Positions 29,642 through 40,236 of a stretch of 57,901 nucleotides of DNA are shown here, piece after piece. Source of the DNA: an uncultured Muribaculaceae bacterium (GTDB lineage Bacteria; Bacillota_I; Bacilli_A; RF39; UBA660). Positions within the stretch are counted from its first letter, which is position 1, and the number at the start of each line of letters is the position of its first letter. The notes below the pieces were generated by a model. That model was not told the DNA's origin, did not search any database, and saw only the letters and a list, made by a program, of their open reading frames with translations. The translations under genes and the position numbers were made by a program. The stretch is taken from NCBI GenBank assembly GCA_964417835.1, contig CAYQJD010000003.1:1-57901 (forward strand), read 5' to 3'.

Positions 29642-30427
29642 TTAACCGAGTGCCACATCGAGTATCATCATTATAGAAAATCCAATTATAGTTATAAAAG
29701 CCATTAGGTCTTTTTTTTCTGTATTTTGACTTTCTGGAATTATTTCTTCAATAACTACATATAACATAGCACCTGCTGCAAATGCTAATAAGTATGGAAG
29801 TATTATATTTACTTTTAGTACTAACAATGCGCCTAATACTCCAGCAATAGGTTCTACAATTCCAGAAAGACTACCTATAAGAAATGCTTTCTTTTTTGAT
29901 ACTCCATTTGCTAAAAGAGGTAAGCTTATTGCACTTCCTTCTGGGAAATTTTGTATTCCAATGCCAATTGCTAAAGCTATGGCAGCACCAACTGTTGCAC
30001 CATCTAGACCATAAATTACAGAACCGAATGCAACACCAATTGCCATTCCTTCTGGAATATTATGTAAGACAATAGAAAATATTAATAAACTTATTCTTTT
30101 TTTATCATTAGATAGTTTTATTTTTTTTTCAAAAATTTTATCTCCAATAAATAAAAGTAATGTTCCGCCTATGATACCAACAGATAAAACTACTATAGGG
30201 ATTAAATTTAAATTTTCTGCCATATCTATTGCGGGATTTATTAGAGAAAAGAACGATGCTGCTATCATTACTCCAGCACTAATACTTAAAAATGAATCTA
30301 ATAAAGTTTTATTAAATTTTCTAAATAAGAATACACTAGCAGATCCTAAAGAAGTAATTAAGAAAGTGAAAGTACAACCTATTAGAGCTTGCAATGCAGG
30401 ATTTAATTCATAAAAAAAATTAATCAT
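29642..30427 (-). CDS. ZIP family metal transporter (ZupT/GufA)
   Basis: LHNIPEGMAIG, IQNFPEG, FAAGAMLYVVIEEIIPE. Confidence 0.93.
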   Translation of the reverse strand: MINFFYELNPALQALIGCTFTFLITSLGSASVFLFRKFNKTLLDSFLSISAGVMIAASFFSLINPAIDMAENLNLIPIVVLSVGIIGGTLLLFIGDKIFEKKIKLSNDKKRISLLIFSIVLHNIPEGMAIGVAFGSVIYGLDGATVGAAIALAIGIGIQNFPEGSAISLPLLANGVSKKKAFLIGSLSGIVEPIAGVLGALLVLKVNIILPYLLAFAAGAMLYVVIEEIIPESQNTEKKDLMAFITIIGFSIMMILDVALG

Positions 30428-30471
30428 TTTATCACCTATAGTATTAAATGATTAATTTTTTTATTTCGTTC

Positions 30472-32139
30472 TTATTTTTTTATTTCCATTATAACTGGAA
30501 GTATTATTGGTCTTCGACCAGTTAGATTATTTATAAATGGATTTAGTTCTAATATTATTTGATTTTTTAGGTTAATATAATTATATCCTGACGCTAATGT
30601 ATTTCTTACAATTTCACTAACTTTCTTTTCTATTTCATGAATTAATTCTCCATTTTCATTAACTAATATAAAACCTCTTGTAGTAATATTTGGTTTAATT
30701 AATAATTCTTTTTTTATTGGATTAATATTAATAATTGTTACCAAAATACCATCGTTACTCATAAGACGTCTATCTTTGATTACTACTGAACCAATATCTC
30801 CAATTCTAGAACCATCTACATAAATATCACCAGCAGGTACCTTTTTACCTAAAGATACGCCATCTTTGTTAAATTCAAGAACATCTCCATTTTTCATAAT
30901 AAATACATTCTCTTTATTTATATCACACATTAAAGCAAGGTCTCTATGTTTTTTTAACATTCTATATTCACCATGAACAGGCATGAAATATTCTGGTTTA
31001 ATTATTCTAAGCATCCATTTTAATTCTTCTTGTTTAGCATGCCCTGATGTATGAATATCTGCAAGTTCAGTATTAGTTACAACTTTTACGCCTTTTAAAT
31101 ATAATTTATTTATTATTTTATTAATACTAGCTCGGTTACCTGGAATAGGGCTTGATGAAAATATGACAACATCATCGGGTAATAATTGTATTTGTTTATG
31201 AGTTCCATTAGCTATTCTAGATAATGCGGCTAGAGGTTCCCCTTGACTTCCTGTACATAAAATGCATATCTCATCTTTTTTTAAATCTTTAGCTGCATTT
31301 GTATCAATAAATATTGTACTATCTTTTATAAGATTATTTTTTAAAGCAATCTCTTTAGCATTTTCCATACTTCTTCCAAAAGTAATTATTTTTCTATTAT
31401 TTTTTCTACATGTCTCAACAATATGTTTAATTCTATAAATATTAGAAGCAAATGTAGCAATTATAATTCTTGATCTTACTTTAGTAAATACATCCCCTAA
31501 AGCTTCATCTACAGAGCTTTCACTTTTGCTAAATCCTTCTGATAATGCATTAGTACTGTCTGATAAAAGAAGCTTTACACCTTTACGTCCTAATTCTGCC
31601 ATTTTATGAATATCAGCCATTGGACCTATTGGAGTTAAATCAAATTTAAAGTCTCCTGTAGTCATAATTATTCCAACTGGAGTATGTACTACTATTGCAA
31701 AAGAGTCGGGAATTGAATGAGTTGTGTTTATAAATTCAACACTCATACTTTTGAATTTAACTATAGATTCATTATTAACTATTTCTATATTCTCATATCT
31801 TAAATTCTTATCTTCTAATTTTTTTATAATCAAGTCACTAGCTATTCTTGGTGCATATATCTTAGGTATTTCTATACTTTGTAATAAAAAAGTTATACCA
31901 CCTATATGATCTTCATGGCCATGTGTTATAAAAAGTCCTCTTATTTTTTTCTCATTTTGTTTTAAATAAGTAATATCCTGTATTACATAATCAATTCCTA
32001 ATAAATCATCTTCTGGAAACATTACTCCAGCATCTATAATAATTAAATCGTTATTTGTTTCAATAACGTACATATTTTTTCCTATTTCACCTAAACCACC
32101 CAATGCAAAAACTGACGTGGTTATGTCATTATTTTTCAT
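30472..32139 (-). CDS. rnj: Ribonuclease J
   Basis: GGLGEIGKNM, THGHEDHIG, HTSGHA, PVHGEYRM. Confidence 0.97.
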   Translation of the reverse strand: MKNNDITTSVFALGGLGEIGKNMYVIETNNDLIIIDAGVMFPEDDLLGIDYVIQDITYLKQNEKKIRGLFITHGHEDHIGGITFLLQSIEIPKIYAPRIASDLIIKKLEDKNLRYENIEIVNNESIVKFKSMSVEFINTTHSIPDSFAIVVHTPVGIIMTTGDFKFDLTPIGPMADIHKMAELGRKGVKLLLSDSTNALSEGFSKSESSVDEALGDVFTKVRSRIIIATFASNIYRIKHIVETCRKNNRKIITFGRSMENAKEIALKNNLIKDSTIFIDTNAAKDLKKDEICILCTGSQGEPLAALSRIANGTHKQIQLLPDDVVIFSSSPIPGNRASINKIINKLYLKGVKVVTNTELADIHTSGHAKQEELKWMLRIIKPEYFMPVHGEYRMLKKHRDLALMCDINKENVFIMKNGDVLEFNKDGVSLGKKVPAGDIYVDGSRIGDIGSVVIKDRRLMSNDGILVTIININPIKKELLIKPNITTRGFILVNENGELIHEIEKKVSEIVRNTLASGYNYINLKNQIILELNPFINNLTGRRPIILPVIMEIKK

Positions 32140-32287
32140 AATTCCTCCTAAAAAAAACTAATTACAAAGCTCTTAGATATATTTAATTATAATACAAAGT
32201 TTAACTTTTGTCTAGATATCTTATATTTTGATTGTAAATAAAGAGGAAAAACAAAAAATATATAAATAATTTAATTGGAGGGCAAAG

Positions 32288-32923
32288 ATGAAGAAAAACT
32301 TATTTATATTATGTTTATTATTTTCAATCACTTTTTTAAAAAATGTTAATGCTAAGACATACTATGGTGATTATTATAAAATAAAAGAAGAAGATTGCTT
32401 AGAAGATAATAATTTAAAAAAAGAAAATATTATATATAAAAATCAGTTAAAATTTAAAATAAATGATAATAATCTTTTTAAATCAGAGAGTTATTTTAAA
32501 AGAGAAAAATTAGTTTTAGAAGATACACTTTTTATTGATAACTATTATAAAAAGCCTATTGACTTTATTAAAGAATCTACATCTATAGTTTTTGTAAATT
32601 GCAATATTAATTATGATGTGAATGGAGAATATAATTGTTATTTTAGAGTAAAAGATATAGGAGTTAATGAAAAAGTATTCGTTGATATAAAGAAAAATTT
32701 AAATAATAAAGAGGATATAGAGAATAGATTAATAAAAACAGAAAATAAAGAATATAATTTAAATATAGATAATAGTGAATCATTTATTGCATCAAGAGAA
32801 TCATATGATAAAAATAAAAAAAATATAATAAAAAAAATTATTATGTTCATATTAATATTGACAGATATAGTGTTGTTTATTAAAAAAAAGAAACGGAAGT
32901 CTTGTCGAAAATATTTAAAGTAA
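32288..32923 (+). CDS. Hypothetical exported protein with C-terminal TM anchor
   Basis: Signal peptide ending NVNA; C-terminal TM followed by basic tail; RBS GGAGG. Confidence 0.7.
   Translation: MKKNLFILCLLFSITFLKNVNAKTYYGDYYKIKEEDCLEDNNLKKENIIYKNQLKFKINDNNLFKSESYFKREKLVLEDTLFIDNYYKKPIDFIKESTSIVFVNCNINYDVNGEYNCYFRVKDIGVNEKVFVDIKKNLNNKEDIENRLIKTENKEYNLNIDNSESFIASRESYDKNKKNIIKKIIMFILILTDIVLFIKKKKRKSCRKYLK
32903..32909 (+). promoter_or_regulatory. Putative Spo0A box upstream of spoIIAA
   Basis: Perfect TGTCGAA about 50 bp before the start codon. Confidence 0.45.
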
Positions 32924-32959
32924 AATAAAAATAATTTATAGTAAGGTAGATGGTGATAT

Positions 32960-33274
32960 ATGTTAGATTTAAATATGGAGTATAAAAATGGGATTTTATT
33001 CGTACGTTTAATTGGATCTTTAAATAGACTAACAGCTTATAAGCTTACAGATTTGCTTATACCAATGATAATAAAGCATGGCATAAAAAATTTAGTCTAT
33101 AATTTTAATGAATTATATAATTTAGATGAGATAGGCAATAAATCATTATTATTAGGATATAATGCCATTATGAAAAATAAGGGAAACGTTTTAGTAGTTA
33201 ATAATAGATTTAATTTAGAAAAAATTAATGAAATTGATAACGAGCTAAAAGCTTTGGAATTATTAAAAATTTAG
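32960..33274 (+). CDS. spoIIAA: Anti-sigma factor antagonist SpoIIAA-like (STAS), phospho-Ser lost
   Basis: GILFVRLIGSL; NLDEIG in place of FMDSSG; adjacent to sigF. Confidence 0.8.
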   Translation: MLDLNMEYKNGILFVRLIGSLNRLTAYKLTDLLIPMIIKHGIKNLVYNFNELYNLDEIGNKSLLLGYNAIMKNKGNVLVVNNRFNLEKINEIDNELKALELLKI

Positions 33275-33937
33275 GTGATCATAGTGAATAAAGAAGATAT
33301 TTTAAATGATGAAAGTTTAAAATATAAAATAAAAAGTATAGCAAATAAATTCTACAATGTAGAAAAGAGAGATTTATATCAGGCAGGATACATGGGTGCC
33401 CTTAAAGCTTTAAAAAGTTATGATCCTACATTAAATATAAGTTTTTCAGTTTATGCGAGTAAATATATTTTTGGTGAAATGTACGAATTAGTATCTAATA
33501 GCAAAAGTATAAAATTAAACAAAAACTATTTAAAAATATATAAACAAATTGTAAATGCTTCTAGTCTTTTATCCCAAAAATTAAAACATATGCCATCAAA
33601 AGAAGAAATAAGCTTATTTCTAGAAATTGATATAAAAGTAATCAATGAAGTTATTATGCTATGTGATAGTGTAATATCATTGGATGAAGAAAGCGAATTG
33701 TTAAATGATAATAACTTTTATCAAGTTATTGGAAAAGAATATGATTATGATACCTCAATTTTAGTAAATGATTCTCTAAATGAATTAGATGAATTAGGTA
33801 AAAAAGTAATAGATTGTAGGTATTTTAAAGATTTAACTCAACAAGAAACTGCAGAGCTTTTAGGGTTAAGTCAAGTAAAGGTTTCCCGTTTAGAAAGTAA
33901 ATCTAAAAGAAAAATGAAAGAATATATTTGCGCATAA
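33275..33937 (+). CDS. sigF: Sporulation sigma factor SigF/SigG family
   Basis: DLYQAG.MG..KA, FSVYA...IFGE, RYFKDLTQQETAELLGLSQVKVSRLE; lies between spoIIAA and spoVA. Confidence 0.82.
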   Translation: MIIVNKEDILNDESLKYKIKSIANKFYNVEKRDLYQAGYMGALKALKSYDPTLNISFSVYASKYIFGEMYELVSNSKSIKLNKNYLKIYKQIVNASSLLSQKLKHMPSKEEISLFLEIDIKVINEVIMLCDSVISLDEESELLNDNNFYQVIGKEYDYDTSILVNDSLNELDELGKKVIDCRYFKDLTQQETAELLGLSQVKVSRLESKSKRKMKEYICA

Positions 33938-33960
33938 ATATAATTAAAACCTTCATAATA
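33932..33960 (+). promoter_or_regulatory. sigmaG-type promoter of spoVAC-D-E
   Basis: GCATA-17 nt-CATAATA matches the forespore sigmaG consensus; spoVA is sigmaG-dependent in Bacillus subtilis. Confidence 0.7.
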
Positions 33961-33977
33961 AAAATGGAGGTTTTTTT

Positions 33978-34415
33978 ATGGAAAAGAAAGAGTACCAAAG
34001 AATAGTTAAAGAGACTACACCTAAACCAAATAAAATGTCAAATTCAATTACAGCATTTTTATCAGGTGGTATTATAGGGGCAATATGCGAAACGATTAGA
34101 GCACTTTTAGTAAATTATTATAATTTTAAAAATGATACAGCTGTTTCTATTATTATTTTATCTTTAATAATGTTTGCATGTTTTTTTACAGCATTTCTTG
34201 ATTTTGATAAATGGGTAATAAAATTAAAAGCAGGATTGATAGTGCCTATTACAGGTTTTGCTCATTCTATTCAAAGTTCTGCATTGGATTATAAAAAAGA
34301 TGGACTTATTACAGGATTAGGCGCAAACTTTTTTAAATTAGCTGGCAGTGTTTTGTTATATGGAATAGTCAGTGCATTTATATTTTGTATATTGAAGGTG
34401 ATGTTTTATGGCTAG
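33978..34415 (+). CDS. spoVAC: Stage V sporulation protein AC
   Basis: AFLSGG.IG, AGLIVPITGFA, FKLAGSV..YG. Confidence 0.92.
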   Translation: MEKKEYQRIVKETTPKPNKMSNSITAFLSGGIIGAICETIRALLVNYYNFKNDTAVSIIILSLIMFACFFTAFLDFDKWVIKLKAGLIVPITGFAHSIQSSALDYKKDGLITGLGANFFKLAGSVLLYGIVSAFIFCILKVMFYG

Positions 34416-35367
34416 TTTTATTTATAAAGATGTATATTTAAATAATTTTTATACTATTGCTGGGAAAAATGAAAATAATGGAGTAATGAAAAATATAAAT
34501 AAGTATATAAATGATTTTTATTACGGAGAAAAAACCATAGAAGATTGTGAAATAAAAATGCAAAAAGAAGTTATTAAAAATTTACTAAATAATAAAACTG
34601 AGTTAATAGTTGGTGGAGATTTAATGAATCAGTTAACTGCAACTAACTCGAGTGTAAGTGATTTAAATATATCTTTTCTAGGAGTATATAGTGCTTGTGC
34701 AAGTTTTATATCTTCAATTATAATATTATCTAATTTTGTACAGGGAAAATTTATTAAAGAAGGAATTGCTTTAACAAGTAGTCATAACTTATCTAGCGAA
34801 AAGCAGTTTAGATTCCCAGTAGAGTATGGAGCTCAAAAACCTAGCTATACAACGTTTACATGTACTGGAAGTGCAGGATGTACTATATCAAAATATCCTA
34901 GTAATATAAAAATAATCTCTTCAACAATTGGAAGTGTTGTGGATTATGGTATTAAAGATGCCAATAATATGGGTGCAGTAATGGCTCCATCAGCAGTAAA
35001 GACTTTAATAGATCATTTAAAATATACCAATACTAAAGTAAGTGACTACGATTTAATACTTACTGGAGATTTGGGAACTTATGGTACTGAATTATTTAAA
35101 CTATTATTAAAAAGAGATTATAACATTAATATAAAAAATCATATTGATGCCGGTAGTATAATTTATAAAAAAGATCAAGAAAAATTTAGTGGTGGAAGTG
35201 GACCTGTATGTTTGCCTCTTATATTTTTTGGAAATATTTTGCAAAATAGAAAATATAAGAAGATAATACTTATTGCAACAGGATCTTTACATAGTCCTCT
35301 TTTAGTAAATCAAAAACATTCTATTCCTAGTACTAGTCATTTAATTAGTTTGGAGGTTATAAGATGA
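34408..35367 (+). CDS. spoVAD: Stage V sporulation protein AD
   Basis: GGDLMNQ, EKQFRFPVEYG.Q, NMGAVMAP, TGDLG, GGSG. Confidence 0.94.
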   Translation: MASFIYKDVYLNNFYTIAGKNENNGVMKNINKYINDFYYGEKTIEDCEIKMQKEVIKNLLNNKTELIVGGDLMNQLTATNSSVSDLNISFLGVYSACASFISSIIILSNFVQGKFIKEGIALTSSHNLSSEKQFRFPVEYGAQKPSYTTFTCTGSAGCTISKYPSNIKIISSTIGSVVDYGIKDANNMGAVMAPSAVKTLIDHLKYTNTKVSDYDLILTGDLGTYGTELFKLLLKRDYNINIKNHIDAGSIIYKKDQEKFSGGSGPVCLPLIFFGNILQNRKYKKIILIATGSLHSPLLVNQKHSIPSTSHLISLEVIR

Positions 35368-35714
35368 CAATATTATATTCATTTTTATTTTGTGGTATGA
35401 TTTGTTTAATAGGTCAAATGATTTTAGATAATACAAAATTAACTCCGGGGCATGTTACAAGTATATTAGTTGTAGTAGGAGCATTTTTAGGAATGTTAGG
35501 TATATATGATAAAATTATAGATTTCGTAGGAATAGGAGCTAATGTTCCAATAACTTCATTTGGTAATACTTTATTTAACTGTGCATATGAGGGTTTTAAA
35601 AAAGCTGGATTTATAGGATTATTTAGCAATATGTTATGTGATGTTAGTTTAGGTGTAACAGGAGCTATTATATTTTCTTTCCTATTTACACTTCCTAATA
35701 AAGTTAAAGACTAG
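35364..35714 (+). CDS. spoVAE: Stage V sporulation protein AE (SpoVAEb)
   Basis: ICLIGQ..LD.TKLTP.H, GANVPITSFG. Confidence 0.9.
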   Translation: MTILYSFLFCGMICLIGQMILDNTKLTPGHVTSILVVVGAFLGMLGIYDKIIDFVGIGANVPITSFGNTLFNCAYEGFKKAGFIGLFSNMLCDVSLGVTGAIIFSFLFTLPNKVKD

Positions 35715-35790
35715 AATATGTAAAAGGGGATTTTAAATGTCTTTTTTTTATTATATAATTTAATAGAAGATGATAAAAAAGGAGAATTAT

Positions 35791-38022
35791 ATGAGAGAAG
35801 AATGGATAAATTTTAAAGAAGGAAAATGGTTGGATAAGCCTGATGTTGAAGATTTTATTTTAAAAAACTATATCAGTTATATTGATGATGAATCATTTTT
35901 AGAAAAAACCACTAAAAAAACAGACATTGTTTGGAAAAAGTGTTTAAACTTATTGAAAGAAGAATTAGATAAACATGTACTTGACATAGATGTTGACAAT
36001 ATGTCTGGTATAAATTCTTTTAAACCAGGGTACATAGATAAAGAAAATGAAGTTATTTTTGGATTACAAACTGATGAACCATTAAAACGTATGATTAATC
36101 CTTATGGCGGAATAAGAATGGTTTATTCTGAATTAGATGCTTACGGATATAAATTAAATCCTACAGTTGATAAATATTTCAATGAATTTAGAAAAACTCA
36201 CAATCAAGGAGTATATGATGCTTATACTAAAGATATTAGAATGCTAAGACATGTTGGATTATTAACTGGGCTTCCTGATGCATATGGTAGAGGAAGAATA
36301 ATAGGGGACTTTAGAAGAGTTGCATTATATGGAACATCTTTCTTAAAAGAACAAAAATTTAATGAATGGAATAATATTTATGTTGGAGAAATGTCAGATG
36401 AATTGATACGGTTAAGAGAAGAAATTTCCATGCAATGCAAGGCATTAGAAGAGATGGAGAAAATGGCTCTTTCTTATGGGTTTGATATATCTAGGCCAGC
36501 TAAAAATTCTTTTGAAGCGGTACAGTGGACTTATCTTGCTTATTTAGCAGGAGTTAAAGAAAACAATGGAGCAGCAATGTCCTTAGGTAGAGTAGATGCT
36601 TTTTTTGATATTTATTTTGAAAGAGATTTAAAAGAATCTAAAATTACAGAAAAAGAAATTCAAGAATTAATTGATCAATTTGTAATAAAATTAAGATTAG
36701 TTAGACATTTAAGAACTCCTGAGTATGATGAACTATTCTCTGGAGATCCAACTTGGGTTACTTGTTCAATTGGAGGTATGGCTTCAAAAGAAAAATCTTT
36801 AGTTACAAAAACATCTTACAGAATTCTTCATACATTAGAAAATTTAGATACTTCACCAGAACCAAATATGACAGTTTTGTGGAGTGAACATTTACCAAAA
36901 AATTTTAAAAAATATTGTACTAAATTAAGTATAGCTACTGATGCTATTCAATATGAAAATGATGATTTGATGAGAGATATTTATGGAAATGATTATGCTA
37001 TAGCATGTTGCGTTTCTGCAATGCGCATAGGCAAGGATATGCAATTTTTTGGAGCACGTTGTAACTTAGCAAAAGCTTTACTTTATTCAATAAATGGTGG
37101 AATAGATGAAATTAAAAAAGATAAGGTATTAGATTGTGTTGAGAAAGATTCAGATGAAATTTTAAATTATGAAAAAGTAAAAAATAATTATTTTAAAGTA
37201 TTATCTGAAGTAGCAACAATATATTCTAATGCAATGAATATTATTCATTATATGCATGATAAATATGCCTACGAAGCAGGATTAATGGCATTAATAGACA
37301 CAGATGTACATAGATATATGGCATATGGTGTTGCTGGTTTATCAGTTGCAGTTGATTCTTTGTCTTCTATAAAATATGCTAAAGTTATTCCAATCAGAGA
37401 TGCAGATGGAATTGCAATTGATTTTAAAGTTGAAGGAAATTATCCAAAATATGGAAATGATGATGATAGAGTAGACAATATTGCAAAGGAAATCACATCG
37501 TATTTCTTTAATGAATTAAAAAAACATAAATGTTATAAGGATGCAGAACCAACAATGTCAATATTAACAATTACTTCTAATGTAGTATATGGATCTAAAA
37601 CAGGATCAACTCCAGATGGAAGAAAAAAAGGTGCTCCATTCGCTCCAGGTGCAAACCCTATGCATGGAAGAGATGAATCTGGTGCTATTTCTTCTTTGAA
37701 TTCAGTAGCTAAATTAGATTATAGAAATTGTTGTAAAGATGGAATTTCTAATACATTTTCTATAATACCTTCTTCTTTAGGAAAAGATGAAAATAGTAGA
37801 ATAGAAAATTTAGTAAGTTTATTAGACGGATATTTTAAAAAAGGTGCTCATCATTTAAATGTAAATGTATTATCTAGAGAAACTTTAATTGATGCTATGA
37901 ATCATCCAGAAAAATATCCTTTATTAACAATTAGAGTATCTGGATATAGTGTAAGATTTAACAGATTGACAAGAGTTCAGCAAGAAGAAGTTATTTCAAG
38001 AACTTTTCATGAAAAATTATGA
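35791..38022 (+). CDS. pflB: Pyruvate formate-lyase
   Basis: IACCVS catalytic Cys pair; TIRVSGY glycyl-radical loop. Confidence 0.98.
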   Translation: MREEWINFKEGKWLDKPDVEDFILKNYISYIDDESFLEKTTKKTDIVWKKCLNLLKEELDKHVLDIDVDNMSGINSFKPGYIDKENEVIFGLQTDEPLKRMINPYGGIRMVYSELDAYGYKLNPTVDKYFNEFRKTHNQGVYDAYTKDIRMLRHVGLLTGLPDAYGRGRIIGDFRRVALYGTSFLKEQKFNEWNNIYVGEMSDELIRLREEISMQCKALEEMEKMALSYGFDISRPAKNSFEAVQWTYLAYLAGVKENNGAAMSLGRVDAFFDIYFERDLKESKITEKEIQELIDQFVIKLRLVRHLRTPEYDELFSGDPTWVTCSIGGMASKEKSLVTKTSYRILHTLENLDTSPEPNMTVLWSEHLPKNFKKYCTKLSIATDAIQYENDDLMRDIYGNDYAIACCVSAMRIGKDMQFFGARCNLAKALLYSINGGIDEIKKDKVLDCVEKDSDEILNYEKVKNNYFKVLSEVATIYSNAMNIIHYMHDKYAYEAGLMALIDTDVHRYMAYGVAGLSVAVDSLSSIKYAKVIPIRDADGIAIDFKVEGNYPKYGNDDDRVDNIAKEITSYFFNELKKHKCYKDAEPTMSILTITSNVVYGSKTGSTPDGRKKGAPFAPGANPMHGRDESGAISSLNSVAKLDYRNCCKDGISNTFSIIPSSLGKDENSRIENLVSLLDGYFKKGAHHLNVNVLSRETLIDAMNHPEKYPLLTIRVSGYSVRFNRLTRVQQEEVISRTFHEKL

Positions 38023-38720
38023 AATCTAGTATAGCAAGTATCGAATCATTTAGTACTGTGGATGGCCCAGGAATAAGAACTGTAGTATTTTTTAATGAAT
38101 GCAAATTAAGATGCATATATTGTCATAATCCTGAAATGTGGTGTAAGCAAAATACTAACATGACAGTTGATGATGTTTTAAAAAAAATTATTAATAATTT
38201 ACCATATTTTAAAGAAACAGGCGGAGTAACATTCTCAGGAGGAGAGCCATTACTACAAAGTAATTTTATAATAGAATTATGTAAAAAATTAAAAGAATAT
38301 AATATACATACAGCACTAGATACAGCAGGAATAGGTAATGGTGATTATGAAAAAATACTAAAGTATATTGATTTAATAATTTTAGATATTAAACATGTAG
38401 AAAAAGAAGGCTTTAAAAGGATAACACAAATTGATTCTGATGAATATGAAAACTTTATTGAAACTGCTAATAAATTAAATAAAAAAGTTTGGATAAGACA
38501 AGTAATCGTACCTGGAATAACAGATACTAAAGAATATATTGCATCTTTAAAAGAATATATTAAACGAATAAAATTAATAGAAAAAGTTGAATTTTTACCA
38601 TATCATAAATTGGGGAGAGAAAAGTTTTTAAAATTAGGAATAAAATATCCTTGTGAAAATATACCAGAAATGGATATAAAAGAATGTGAAAAATTATTTG
38701 AATTTTTTAAAAGTTTATAA
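38019..38720 (+). CDS. pflA: PFL activating enzyme (radical SAM)
   Basis: [23 protein letters not shown]. Confidence 0.97.
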   Translation: MKSSIASIESFSTVDGPGIRTVVFFNECKLRCIYCHNPEMWCKQNTNMTVDDVLKKIINNLPYFKETGGVTFSGGEPLLQSNFIIELCKKLKEYNIHTALDTAGIGNGDYEKILKYIDLIILDIKHVEKEGFKRITQIDSDEYENFIETANKLNKKVWIRQVIVPGITDTKEYIASLKEYIKRIKLIEKVEFLPYHKLGREKFLKLGIKYPCENIPEMDIKECEKLFEFFKSL

Positions 38721-38735
38721 AACTAAAAAATATTT

Positions 38736-38764
38736 GTATAAATTTAAAAAAATAAACCATATTA
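38736..38764 (+). promoter_or_regulatory. sigmaG/F-type promoter
   Basis: GTATA-17 nt-CATATTA directly before RBS GAGGAG. Confidence 0.6.
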
Positions 38765-38782
38765 ATAGTGAGGAGAATGATT

Positions 38783-39322
38783 ATGAAGAAAAAATTTACA
38801 TTAGTCGCTATTACTTTGGTTTTATTATTAACAACTGCTTGTAGTTTAGGAAATACTCCTACAAGTGCTGTAGAACGTGTTTTAAATAAATATAATAATC
38901 AAGATGAAGATATTGTTTTAGAATTAGATGATTATATAACTGAAACAGATTTAACAGAAGATCAAACAAAAAAATATAAAGATATTTATTTAAAACAGTT
39001 TAAAGATTTAAAATATGAAATCAAAGAAGAAAAAATAGATGGAGATACAGCGACAGTAACTGCTCAAATAACAGTTTATGATTATTATAAAGTAGAGAAA
39101 GATGCAAATGATTATTTAGTTAATAATCCTGATGAATTTAAAACTGAAGGAGTTTATGACAAATCTTTATTTACAGATTATAAATTAAAAAAATTAGATG
39201 AAGTCAAAGATACTATCGATTATACTATTGAATTTACATTAACAAGAGTTGATAAAAATTGGGAAGTTAATGAACTTACTAATGAACAACTAGAAAAAAT
39301 TCATGGCGTATATGAATATTAA
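38783..39322 (+). CDS. Lipoprotein of unknown function (NTF2-like pattern)
   Basis: Lipobox LTTAC; YEIKEEKIDGDTATVTAQI and W.V pattern. Confidence 0.75.
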   Translation: MKKKFTLVAITLVLLLTTACSLGNTPTSAVERVLNKYNNQDEDIVLELDDYITETDLTEDQTKKYKDIYLKQFKDLKYEIKEEKIDGDTATVTAQITVYDYYKVEKDANDYLVNNPDEFKTEGVYDKSLFTDYKLKKLDEVKDTIDYTIEFTLTRVDKNWEVNELTNEQLEKIHGVYEY

Positions 39323-39378
39323 AGATTATAGTATCTTTTTTATTTTATATACTTAAATAAAAAAGCTAACTATGTTTA

Positions 39379-40236
39379 TTAATTAGAATAGTTAGTTTTT
39401 TCAATTCTTTTTTTTACTTTAAATAAATATTTATGTTTACAAAAATAATGGCATAGTCCTTGAATATGATAAAAATTAATTTTTGAGAATGTTTTTTTAT
39501 AAGAAAGTCTTTGTCTTTCATGAATTACACTTACATAGCTATTGTAATAAACTTTAAAGCCATTATTATAAGCTCTTAGACAATAATCTGCATCTTCTGG
39601 TCCATAAAATATTTTTTCATCAAACAATCCTATACTATCAACTACATCTTTTTTTATTAGCATGTAGGCTCCGATTCCATAATCAATTTCAAATATATCT
39701 AATTCTTTAGTTAATTTGGTATAAGAAAAATTATTGATATCTTTCTTTTTGGATATTTTATGTAATATTCCATTAAATGCAGATTTAATTTTTTTATTTA
39801 ATGTTGGAAAATGTCTGATGTTATCTTGAATTTCCATATTTTCATAATACATTTTAGGAATACAAATACCAATATCTTTATTATTTTTCAAAAAATCCAT
39901 CCCAATTTTAATAGAATTATCTATTAAATATGCATCACTATCCAAAAATAAAATATAATCACCATGAGATTTTCTTATCCCTTGGTTTCTTGATTTAGAA
40001 ATACCTATATTTTTTTTATTTTCTAAAATAGTTATTTTAAACTTTTTATTATTATCTTTAAAATTTTTTAAAATATTTACAGTATTATCATTAGAATTAT
40101 TATCAATTAAAAATACTTCACATTCAATATCTATTATATATTTATTTAATGAATTTAAGCATTTTTTTATACAATTTTCATTATTATGAGTAATTATTAT
40201 AATAGATAGAATAATTTTATTATTTTGTTTTTTCAT
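39379..40236 (-). CDS. Glycosyltransferase family 2
   Basis: IDNNSND, ILFLDSD, FFDEKIFYGPEDAD-type segment (LFDEKIFYGPEDADYC). Confidence 0.92.
   Translation of the reverse strand: MKKQNNKIILSIIIITHNNENCIKKCLNSLNKYIIDIECEVFLIDNNSNDNTVNILKNFKDNNKKFKITILENKKNIGISKSRNQGIRKSHGDYILFLDSDAYLIDNSIKIGMDFLKNNKDIGICIPKMYYENMEIQDNIRHFPTLNKKIKSAFNGILHKISKKKDINNFSYTKLTKELDIFEIDYGIGAYMLIKKDVVDSIGLFDEKIFYGPEDADYCLRAYNNGFKVYYNSYVSVIHERQRLSYKKTFSKINFYHIQGLCHYFCKHKYLFKVKKRIEKTNYSN

Noticed and set aside
6355-38022. Possible codon reassignment (AGG, CGG or TGA), as reported for some uncultured low-GC Bacilli
   Set aside because: AGG encodes conserved Arg in RpoD (AKRY, QARTIR), CGG encodes conserved Arg in PflB (IRLREE), conserved Trp uses TGG and TGA terminates genes; the standard code fits
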